This document shows positions 17,080 to 24,639 of a stretch of 24,639 nt of DNA, piece by piece; the stretch's first letter is position 1; every line of letters begins with the position of its first letter. Location: positions 1-24,639 of the IMG/VR virus record IMGVR_UViG_3300022178_003533, one strand, 5' to 3'. Below the pieces are notes generated by a model that saw only the letters and a program-made list of their open reading frames with translations, did not search any database and was not told the DNA's origin. The position numbers and the translations under genes are program-made. Source of the stretch: a virus. Lineage: Duplodnaviria; Caudoviricetes.

Positions 17080-17988
17080 ATGACAAGTTTTGGATATAAT
17101 GTATTAGGTTTTGGCTCTGGTGGTGGAGGAGATGCAACAGGACCATATGATATTGAAACATTAGTTATTGCTGGTGGAGGTGGAGGTACTACATCTTCTG
17201 GTGGTAATGGTTGGGGTTCTGGTGGAGGAGGAGCAGGTGGTTTACTTGCAGCTACTGGTTTAGAAGTTTCTCCAACTACAGGATACACAGTTACAGTAGG
17301 TGCTGGAGCTTCACCTGCGTCTACTGGACAAAATGGTTCTAACTCAGTTTTATCAGGAGGTTCAATAACAACTCAAACTGCAATAGGTGGTGGTGGTGCT
17401 GGTGGTAAACAATCAGGTCATCAGTCTGGTAAAGATGGAGGTTCAGGAGGTGGAGGAAACCGAAATGGGTCTAATACTGGTGGTTCTGGAACTTCAGGAC
17501 AAGGAAATGATGGTGGTTCTCCTCAAAGAAGTTCTTATCAAGATAATGACAGAGGTTCAGGAGGAGGTGGTGCTGGTTCTGCTGGTGTAGATGCTAAAGA
17601 TGGGGGTCAAGGTGGTACAGGTAGTAATGCTTATTCAGCTTGGGCGACTGCAACATCTTCAGGAGATAATGGATATTATGCTTCAGGAGGTGGTGGAGGT
17701 AGAGGAGATGCTGTAGCTGGTGCTACTGCTTCTGATGGAGGTGGTGGTAATGGTGCTGGTACTAGTGGCACTTCAGGTAATACAGGTGCAGATGGTTCAG
17801 CAAATACTGGAGGTGGTGCTGGAGGTGGTGGTTCATCACCGGGTGCATCAGGAAATGGTGGGTCTGGTGGCTCTGGTATAGTTATTATTAGATATAGTGG
17901 AGTTCAAAGAGGAACAGGAGGAACAGTAGCTTCAAGTGGAGGTTACACTTATCATAAATTTACATCATCAGGGACATTTACAGCATAA
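17080..17988 (+). CDS. Glycine-rich tail-fibre-associated protein
   Basis: LVIAGGGGG..GGGGAGG..QGNDGG..ANTGGGAGG..GGSGIVIIRY..YTYHKFTSSGTF, a common phage glycine-rich domain. Confidence 0.8.
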   Translation: MTSFGYNVLGFGSGGGGDATGPYDIETLVIAGGGGGTTSSGGNGWGSGGGGAGGLLAATGLEVSPTTGYTVTVGAGASPASTGQNGSNSVLSGGSITTQTAIGGGGAGGKQSGHQSGKDGGSGGGGNRNGSNTGGSGTSGQGNDGGSPQRSSYQDNDRGSGGGGAGSAGVDAKDGGQGGTGSNAYSAWATATSSGDNGYYASGGGGGRGDAVAGATASDGGGGNGAGTSGTSGNTGADGSANTGGGAGGGGSSPGASGNGGSGGSGIVIIRYSGVQRGTGGTVASSGGYTYHKFTSSGTFTA

Positions 17989-18395
17989 TGGCACATTTCG
18001 CAAAATTAGATGAAAATAATATCGTTATAAGTGTTTTGGTAATAGCAGATAGTGATGCACCTACTGAAGCAGAAGGTGAAATATTTTGTAAAAATTTATT
18101 TAAGGTTACAAATACTTTTAAACAAACATCTTACAACACACATCAAGGAGTACATTTATTAGGTGGAACACCTTTTAGAAAAAACTTTGCTGGTGAAGGT
18201 TTTACATATGATTCTAGTAAAGATGCTTTCATACCTCCAAAACCTTTTAATAGCTGGACATTGAATGAAGATACTTGTCAATGGGAAGCACCAGTTGCAT
18301 ATCCAGATGACGGAAAAAGTTATGTATGGAAAGAAGATACCCAAACATGGATATTATTTTATGGAAAAGTATTATTTGATGCAAAAAGTACATGA
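17988..18395 (+). CDS. Conserved partner of the glycine-rich protein (possible fibre assembly protein)
   Basis: MAHFAKLDENNIV..KQTSYNT..FRKNFAG..DAFIPPKPFNSW.L.E.TC.WEAPV pattern. TAATG coupling. Confidence 0.75.
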   Translation: MAHFAKLDENNIVISVLVIADSDAPTEAEGEIFCKNLFKVTNTFKQTSYNTHQGVHLLGGTPFRKNFAGEGFTYDSSKDAFIPPKPFNSWTLNEDTCQWEAPVAYPDDGKSYVWKEDTQTWILFYGKVLFDAKST

Positions 18396-18499
18396 AAAAT
18401 AAAATAAAAAAAATTTATCAAAAAATTAAAGCAAGATTGTTTGGTAAACTATGTGAATGTAAGCCTAAAAAAAAGGGTAGACCAAAAAAAAGGGGATAA
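18392..18499 (+). CDS. 35-aa basic microprotein with AT-hook-like motif (not in ORF track)
   Basis: MKNKIKKIYQKIKARLFGKLCECKPKKKGRPKKRG*. ATGA overlap with the upstream stop, ends 2 nt before the next start, and fills the gap exactly. Confidence 0.65.
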   Translation: MKNKIKKIYQKIKARLFGKLCECKPKKKGRPKKRG

Positions 18500-18501
18500 A
18501 A

Positions 18502-20778
18502 GTGCCGTTAAAAAAAATACCTTTTAAACCTGGGGTAAATAAAGAAACAACATCATATGCTAATGAATTTGGATGGTTTGATTCCAATTTAATACGATTT
18601 AGAAAAGGACGTCCTGAAAAATTAGGAGGTTGGTCTAGATTAAGTAGTAATACTTATGATGGAATTGCTAGATCATTACATACTTGGGCAGCTTTAGATG
18701 GCTCAAAATTTATGGGTGTAGGAACTGAAGCTAAGTTTTATATAGAACAAGGTGGAGGTTATAACGATATTACTCCTATTCGATCTACTGTTACTTTAGG
18801 AGCTAATCCTTTTTATACTGGTGATACGGGAACAAGTAATTTAACTGTTACTCATTTAAGTCATGGTGCCGTTGTAAATGATTATGTTACTTACAGTGGA
18901 GCAACTGCTGTTGATGGAATTACCGCCGCACAAATTAATATAGAACATCAAATAATACAAATTATAGATTCAAATTCTTATGTAATAACTACAACAGGAA
19001 GTGCATCTTCTGGTTCTACCGCAGGTGGAGGATCTGCTGTTTTAGCTCAATATCAAATTAATACAGGTCTGGGAACTGTTGTTTCTGGAACAGGTTGGGG
19101 AGCAGGTTTTTGGAGTGGAGTTATATCAAGTTATTCTGCTACTACTTTATCTTCAGGTATAAACAACTCTGTTACTTCTATACCTTTAACTAGTGCAACT
19201 AATTTTGAAACTGCCTCTACAACCACAAACGGAGCATTAGATGTATATAGTACAAGTATAACTGTAGTTGATGCTTCTTCTTTACCAGACATAGGAACAG
19301 TAAAAATAAATAGTGAATATATTAGATACGGCACAAAAACAGGAAATGTTTTAGGAAGTTTAACAAGAGCTTCTGATGGGTCTACTATTGCAGCACATAC
19401 CAGTGGAGATTCTGTTACTTTTGTAGGTTTAATATTAATAAACGATGAGTTAATATTATATACAGGAAAATCTACAAATACTATTGATGCAGGTGTAGTA
19501 AGAGGAGTTAGAGGTACAACTGCTGTAGCACATAGCAGTGGAGATTCTGTAAAAGAAGCAAACAGTTTTGTTAGTTGGGGAGAAGGAGCTCTAACTACTG
19601 CGTCTACAGGACAAAATATTCGTTTATGGGAACAAGATAATTGGGGAGAAGATTTAATATTTAATGTGTTTGACGGAACTCCTTATTATTGGGACAAAAC
19701 ATTAGGTACTTCTTCTAGAGCTTCTAGTTTAGCAGCACAATCAGGTGCTTCTGACTGTCCTACTATTACCAGACAAGTAATGATATCAGGATCTGATAGA
19801 CATGTTATAGCTTTTGCATGTAATCCAAAAGGAGAAACAGAACAAGATTTATTACAAGTACGATGGTCTGATCAAGAAAACCCTGTAGACTGGACACCTA
19901 CTGCGACGAATACCGCAGGTGGACAAAGAATATCATCAGGATCAGAAATTATTACTGCTGAAAAAGGCAGGTCAGAAATATTAATTTTTACAGATACCAA
20001 TTTGCATTCTATGCGTTTTGTAGGCCCACCATTTACATTTAGTTTTACGCTATTAGCTAGTAACGTTTCTATTGTAGGCCCTAATGCAGTAACTTCTGTT
20101 GGAGATAGAATTTTTTGGATGGATAGAGAAAACTTCTATGTATATACAGGAAAGCTACAAGTTATTCCGTGTACGGTTTTACGATATGTTTTTGATGATT
20201 TAAACCTTAGTCAAAACTTTAAATTTTTTGCCGCATCAAATAAAATGTTTGATGAAGTTTTTTGGTTTTATGTATCTAGCGAATCAACAGAAATAGATAG
20301 ATATGTAAAATATAATTATACAGAAGGAACTTGGGATATAGGTAATATTTCAAGAACTGCTTGGGTAGATAGAGGCATTTACGATAACCCAAGAGGGTCT
20401 AGTACTGTAAACAATACACAGTTTATTTATGTACATGAAACAGGTAATAATGATGATGGTTCTCCTATGGATAGTTTTATAGAGTCTTCTGATTTTGATT
20501 TAGGAGATGGTAATGAATTTATGTTTGTTAATCGTTTAATACCTGATGTTTCTTTAAACAGTGCTACTTCTTCTATTCAATATATTTTTAAAACAAGAAA
20601 TTTTCCAGGTCAAGATTTAACGACAAACTCTACTAATACAGTTACACCTAGTACAGACCAATCTTTTTTAAGAGCACGTTCAAGACAAGCGGTAGTTAGA
20701 ATAGAGAGTAATACAGCAGATGTTGCTTGGACATTAGGTGATTTACGATTAGATATTAGAAAGGATGGTAGAAGGTAA
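18502..20778 (+). CDS. Tail nozzle / tail tubular B-like (P22 gp10-like) protein with inserted beta domains
   Basis: GTG start with AGGGG RBS. FKPGVNKE..WFDSNLIRFRKGRPEKLGGW, propeller-like core (DNWGEDL, VRWSDQEN..W.PTATNTAG, EVFWFY), C-terminal LGDLRLDIRKDGRR. Confidence 0.7.
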   Translation: MPLKKIPFKPGVNKETTSYANEFGWFDSNLIRFRKGRPEKLGGWSRLSSNTYDGIARSLHTWAALDGSKFMGVGTEAKFYIEQGGGYNDITPIRSTVTLGANPFYTGDTGTSNLTVTHLSHGAVVNDYVTYSGATAVDGITAAQINIEHQIIQIIDSNSYVITTTGSASSGSTAGGGSAVLAQYQINTGLGTVVSGTGWGAGFWSGVISSYSATTLSSGINNSVTSIPLTSATNFETASTTTNGALDVYSTSITVVDASSLPDIGTVKINSEYIRYGTKTGNVLGSLTRASDGSTIAAHTSGDSVTFVGLILINDELILYTGKSTNTIDAGVVRGVRGTTAVAHSSGDSVKEANSFVSWGEGALTTASTGQNIRLWEQDNWGEDLIFNVFDGTPYYWDKTLGTSSRASSLAAQSGASDCPTITRQVMISGSDRHVIAFACNPKGETEQDLLQVRWSDQENPVDWTPTATNTAGGQRISSGSEIITAEKGRSEILIFTDTNLHSMRFVGPPFTFSFTLLASNVSIVGPNAVTSVGDRIFWMDRENFYVYTGKLQVIPCTVLRYVFDDLNLSQNFKFFAASNKMFDEVFWFYVSSESTEIDRYVKYNYTEGTWDIGNISRTAWVDRGIYDNPRGSSTVNNTQFIYVHETGNNDDGSPMDSFIESSDFDLGDGNEFMFVNRLIPDVSLNSATSSIQYIFKTRNFPGQDLTTNSTNTVTPSTDQSFLRARSRQAVVRIESNTADVAWTLGDLRLDIRKDGRR

Positions 20779-20945
20779 TGGCTAGATTATTAGAACAAAG
20801 TTTTGCAGACGCTCCAGACGATTATGATGCAATAACTTTTCAAAGAATATTAAGAGATATTGAAATGGCTTTAAGTAAAAAAGACTTTCCACAAGAAATA
20901 GAAAGTTTAGATGGATCTAGAGCAATAACCTGGTTTATGAGTTAG
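20778..20945 (+). CDS. 55-aa hypothetical protein (not in ORF track)
   Basis: MARLLEQSFADAPDDYDAITFQRILRDIEMALSKKDFPQEIESLDGSRAITWFMS*. TAATG coupling, ends 2 nt before the next ATG. Confidence 0.8.
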   Translation: MARLLEQSFADAPDDYDAITFQRILRDIEMALSKKDFPQEIESLDGSRAITWFMS

Positions 20946-20947
20946 AT

Positions 20948-21268
20948 ATGGCAAATTCTTTTAAAAATGTAGCAATAATACCTAGTAGTACATCAGATAC
21001 CACAATATATACGTGTCCTACAGCAACACAAGCTATTGTAAAAAATGTAAATTTGTATAATAATCATAGTGGTAATGTAGATGTTATTGTAAGTATAAGA
21101 GATAGCTCTGCATCTACAACAGCCATCATAGATAAAACTACGATGTCTGCCGCTGGAGAAACGTCCCTCACTGCTCCGTTTGTTTTGGAAGAAAGTGATA
21201 CGCTCATATTAAATTGTGCAACAGCAGATGTTATTAACACATTTGTAAGTATTTTGGAGGTATCATAA
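20948..21268 (+). CDS. Small beta-rich virion protein
   Basis: MANSFKN..TIYTCP..AIVKN..VLEESDTL..VSILEVS. Coupled to the next gene. Confidence 0.75.
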   Translation: MANSFKNVAIIPSSTSDTTIYTCPTATQAIVKNVNLYNNHSGNVDVIVSIRDSSASTTAIIDKTTMSAAGETSLTAPFVLEESDTLILNCATADVINTFVSILEVS

Positions 21269-22737
21269 TGGATCAACAAGTAGCTAAGTATTCAGGAGAA
21301 CCTACCGTAGAGTCTCTTGCTTCTGGTTTAGCAACCTTAGGAAGATATGGAGATACTTACATGGTACACGCCGCTGAAGGTGAAACTGTTATACCAGCAG
21401 AAATACTTGAAGCTAATCCAGAATTAAAAAGTCAATTATTTAGTCAAATGAAAATGATGGGTATTAAAGACCCAGATAGATATGTTGTTGGTAATGGGTT
21501 AAACTCTATAAATCCTATTACAGGACAACCAGAATTTTTCTTTAAAAAAGCATTTAGATCTATTAAAAAAGTATTTAAAAAAGTAGCACCAGTTATTGTA
21601 CCAATAGTTGGTAATATGATTGCTCCGGGCATAGGTGGTCCGATAGCTTCTGCCTTAATGACTAAGATGCAAGGTGGTTCAATGTCCGATGCTTTTAGAA
21701 GCGCGGCTATGGCGTATGCAGGTCAAGCTGTAGCAGGGGGAGCATCAAAAGCTTTTTCACAAGGCTCATCAATGGGGTACGGTAAATCATTTTTAGAAGG
21801 TTTAAAAAGCGGTGCATTACAACCTATTGAAGCAGCAGGTAATTTATTTAGTGGTGGACCATCAAACCCATTAGCGCAAGGTATTTTTGGCCCAAGAGGT
21901 GCAAACTTGCTATTTAGAGAAAGCGCAAAAGAGCTAGGTAAAAATAAATTTGCAAGTATTGGCTCTGCATTGTTTCCTGCTTATCAAGGTTCCTCTGCTA
22001 ATTATGGAGTTAACACCGCAAACCAATCATATGGAGGTAAACCTGACCCTAGAGCTCAAGGTAATTATACTGAAACAGGTACAGGAAGTACGGTACAACA
22101 AGCTCCAGGAAGTTCGGCAGACATAGCGCAAGCAAACGCAAATCAAAAAGTATTAGATAATATTGGTTATACAGGAGATCCTAGTTTAACTAATGTTGGA
22201 CCAGCAGGATCAACAGGAGGAGCCGAAAGTGGTATTTTCTCAAGTGGCATAGGAAAAGTTGCTAAAGATGTAGCGACAAGTAATTTAGGAATAGCAGGTT
22301 TAACTGCCGCAGGTGTGTATTTGTTAACACCTGACGAAGAACTACCTGAAGAAGATTTAGGAAAACTAAGTGATCCTCAAAGAACAGCATACGATAAATA
22401 TTTAGGAATGAGTGATAAAAGCAGTCCAGAAGCGTTATCTTTAAGAAGACAAGCAGGTATCTTTTCTCCTTATCAAGATAGACCTCAAGATTTAGCTAAT
22501 ATATCAGGTATATCTTTAGATGAAGCTAAAAATTATTTATCTAAATTTGCAGGTGGTGGAGAAGTTATTGGACCAGGAACAGGCACCTCTGATGATATAA
22601 ACGCTAAACTATCTGATGGTGAATTTGTTATGACTGCTCAAGCAGTACGAAACGCAGGTGGTGGAAACAGAGATTTAGGAGCAGCAAGAATGTATGATTT
22701 AATGACAAGATTTGAAGGAGGCCCTGCGTATGGCTGA
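21268..22737 (+). CDS. Putative internal virion / DNA ejection protein
   Basis: RBS GGAGGT. GRYGDT..H..EGETVIP, INPITGQPEFF, G/A-rich hydrophobic helices, C-terminal GPGTGTSDDINAKLSDGEFV motif also seen in tape-measure C-termini. Confidence 0.65.
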   Translation: MDQQVAKYSGEPTVESLASGLATLGRYGDTYMVHAAEGETVIPAEILEANPELKSQLFSQMKMMGIKDPDRYVVGNGLNSINPITGQPEFFFKKAFRSIKKVFKKVAPVIVPIVGNMIAPGIGGPIASALMTKMQGGSMSDAFRSAAMAYAGQAVAGGASKAFSQGSSMGYGKSFLEGLKSGALQPIEAAGNLFSGGPSNPLAQGIFGPRGANLLFRESAKELGKNKFASIGSALFPAYQGSSANYGVNTANQSYGGKPDPRAQGNYTETGTGSTVQQAPGSSADIAQANANQKVLDNIGYTGDPSLTNVGPAGSTGGAESGIFSSGIGKVAKDVATSNLGIAGLTAAGVYLLTPDEELPEEDLGKLSDPQRTAYDKYLGMSDKSSPEALSLRRQAGIFSPYQDRPQDLANISGISLDEAKNYLSKFAGGGEVIGPGTGTSDDINAKLSDGEFVMTAQAVRNAGGGNRDLGAARMYDLMTRFEGGPAYG

Positions 22738-23749
22738 AGTAACTAAATCAGAGAGTATAGTAAGACAAGCCCCCTTTCTTGAGGATTATCAAAGAAAATT
22801 ATTAGACCAAGCAATGGCTAGAGGGGAAACAGCAATCGATGTTCCCGATATACAAGTAGCAGGTCAAGATCCTTTAACTGCCCAAGCTATACAAACTGGT
22901 TCAGGTATTGGTTCTTTTATGCCTTATTTTAATCAAGGCGCAGGAACAATTAATGAAGGATTAGCAACATTAAAATCTCAAGCAACAGGTGTTCCAGGAT
23001 TATTACAAGAAGCAGCAGCTACTGCAAGAGGAGCAGATCAATTACCAACACAAGAAAATATACAACCCTTAATGGACCCGTATCAAAATCTTGTTACACA
23101 AAATGCTACCGCTGAATTAGCTAGACAAGCGGATATAGAAAGAAATAAACTACTTGCTCAACAATCAGGTATAGGTGCTCTTGGTGGAGATAGAGGACAA
23201 TTGCAGTTAGCAGAGTTACAAAGAAACTTAACTGATATGCAAAGCAGACGTATTTATGAAGATATGTCTAAGAACTTTCAACAAGCACAAAATGCATTTC
23301 AGAACCAACAAGCAAGACAACAAAATGTTAGCCAATTGTTAACAGGTATTGGACAGACTACAGGTCAAGAAGCACAAAGACTTGGTCAAGGTATTGGTGC
23401 ATTTGGTGAAGCACAAAAATCATTAGCAGGCACAGGTCAAACATTAACACAACAACAAACACAGTTGTTATCTGGCCTTGGTAATTTAAATCAACAACAA
23501 GCACAAATGGAATTAGATGCAGCTAGACAGTCTGAGTTACAACAGGCTTATGAACCATATCAAAGAATTGGTTTTACAAGTGATATCTTTAAACCTCAAA
23601 TAGGTTCTGCTTCTTCTACTTTAGGATCAACTGTTGCTCCGTCACCTAGTCCATTATCACAGGCTATTGGTGCAGGAACCGTGGCCCTTGGTGCCTTAAA
23701 AACTTTTGGTAATCCGTTTGATTCTATATTTAAATCGAGTGCAGAATGA
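22730..23749 (+). CDS. Putative internal virion / DNA ejection protein (Gln-rich coiled coil)
   Basis: Start revised to ATG 22730, with AAGGAGG at 22715-22721. Q/A/G-rich, MDPYQ and LGGDRG motifs, hydrophobic C-terminal helix. Confidence 0.65.
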   Translation: MAEVTKSESIVRQAPFLEDYQRKLLDQAMARGETAIDVPDIQVAGQDPLTAQAIQTGSGIGSFMPYFNQGAGTINEGLATLKSQATGVPGLLQEAAATARGADQLPTQENIQPLMDPYQNLVTQNATAELARQADIERNKLLAQQSGIGALGGDRGQLQLAELQRNLTDMQSRRIYEDMSKNFQQAQNAFQNQQARQQNVSQLLTGIGQTTGQEAQRLGQGIGAFGEAQKSLAGTGQTLTQQQTQLLSGLGNLNQQQAQMELDAARQSELQQAYEPYQRIGFTSDIFKPQIGSASSTLGSTVAPSPSPLSQAIGAGTVALGALKTFGNPFDSIFKSSAE

Positions 23750-24639
23750 GAAAACCAGTACGTTCAGTAGTAGCAAATAGAAAATATTTCCAAGGTGGAG
23801 GTCTTACTAAAAACACTAACCCTATGGCTGTAAGTCAACCATCAGGTATTATGGCTTCTTCGCAACCACTAGTGGATATGGTAGCAAATAGTGCAAATAA
23901 CCCACAAGGTGGTATGTCTCCTTTGAATTATGCAGATGGTGGTTTAGCTAAGTTTGAACCAGGTGGTATGTTTGCAGACAGACCTAGAGTTCAAGGTCTT
24001 ATGAATACTTTAGGAAATGTAACACAGTTAATGCAACCTTCTAGACTTTTAGCAAAAATTAGTGAAAAAATTCCAGCAACAGGTATTGGACAATATATAA
24101 CTGCTAAAAAAGGAGATCCTATTTTAGATGAAAAGGTTGGAGCTATAGATGCTATTAAAATGTATGATTTAATTGATGTTATTGGAGATAGAACAGGTCA
24201 AAGAGAATTAGTAGATAGGATAGGTAAATCTATTATTGCTCAAAATCCACAAATAACTCCTAAAGATTTAGAAACTGAAATTATGCAAAAACTAGAAACT
24301 CCTTCTGAACAATTAGAAGGAGAATTATTATTACAAGAAACTCAACAAAGTAAAAATAAACTTCAACCTTTTTTAAGAGAAGGAAGTGGTAAAATAGAAA
24401 AACCAGATGGAAAAATAACCAAAGTAGATGATTTTTCAGAAGGTGATGGAATTAAACAATTAAAAAAAGAAGAAAAATTAGAATCAGATAAAATACCAGA
24501 AGAAGATTTAAAAAAGATTGAAGAAAAAAGTGGTGCATTAGCTCAAGGATTAGAAAAAAAAGAAATAACTAGACCTACAGAAAAAATAGTTAAAGACATA
24601 GTTGATCAAAATGAAGAAGTAAAAGAAGAAGCAGAAGTA
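23746..24639 (+). CDS. Putative internal virion protein, 3'-truncated by the window (not in ORF track)
   Basis: ATGA overlap with the upstream stop. Open for 298 codons to the window end (MRKPVRSVVANRKYFQGGG...YADGGLAKFEPGG...), E/K-rich. Confidence 0.8.
   Translation, partial: MRKPVRSVVANRKYFQGGGLTKNTNPMAVSQPSGIMASSQPLVDMVANSANNPQGGMSPLNYADGGLAKFEPGGMFADRPRVQGLMNTLGNVTQLMQPSRLLAKISEKIPATGIGQYITAKKGDPILDEKVGAIDAIKMYDLIDVIGDRTGQRELVDRIGKSIIAQNPQITPKDLETEIMQKLETPSEQLEGELLLQETQQSKNKLQPFLREGSGKIEKPDGKITKVDDFSEGDGIKQLKKEEKLESDKIPEEDLKKIEEKSGALAQGLEKKEITRPTEKIVKDIVDQNEEVKEEAEV

Noticed and set aside
17080-17988. GGTGGT/GGAGGA-rich repeats as a CRISPR array or tandem repeat element
   Set aside because: Explained by polyglycine coding, with no constant repeat and unique spacers. 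The FxxGG/YxxGG hits here were treated as compositional background.
942-21632. Minus-strand and alternate-frame ORFs in the track (e.g. 1522-1881, 5901-6338, 10018-10482, 15238-15429, 17387-17590)
   Set aside because: They lie over well-supported, translationally coupled + strand genes and have no recognisable motifs. Their F/L/V-rich or P-rich composition simply mirrors K-rich or G-rich sense codons.
22712-22729. Track start at 22712 for the Gln-rich gene (and 7229 for groES)
   Set aside because: The Shine-Dalgarno positions favour ATG 22730 and ATG 7235.
1-24639. Integrase, tRNA genes, introns/inteins, reverse transcriptase/DGR
   Set aside because: None recognisable. TerL and capsid genes are uninterrupted and of ordinary length, and intergenic gaps are too small for such elements.

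Overview
The window is the packaging and morphogenesis arm of a low-GC tailed dsDNA phage. It has a podovirus-like layout typical of marine phages, and an alphaproteobacterial host is inferred, not shown. All credible genes are on the + strand and tightly coupled. Order: PP-loop/PAPS-reductase-like enzyme, small membrane protein, terminase large subunit, holin-like protein, portal, a block of basic low-complexity proteins (one with LysM), GroES-like co-chaperonin, scaffold, capsid-associated proteins, major capsid protein, adaptor/tail proteins, fibres, tail nozzle-like protein and internal (ejection) proteins. Three ORFs are missing from the supplied track: 18392-18499, 20778-20945 and 23746->24639. 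Most notable signals: (1) a perfect 16-bp bacterial chromosome-partition site parS (TGTTTCACGTGAAACA, inside a 22-bp palindrome) embedded in a late gene, with no parA/parB in the window; (2) a recurring [FYM]-x-x-G-G motif in four probable internal-virion proteins, two copies of which double as Shine-Dalgarno sites for in-frame internal starts; (3) a candidate three-way-junction RNA right after the capsid gene; (4) a domain nested inside a second copy of itself in the tail nozzle protein; (5) a type-1-copper-like ligand set in a tail protein. Product names come from motif recognition and synteny only. No database searches were run.
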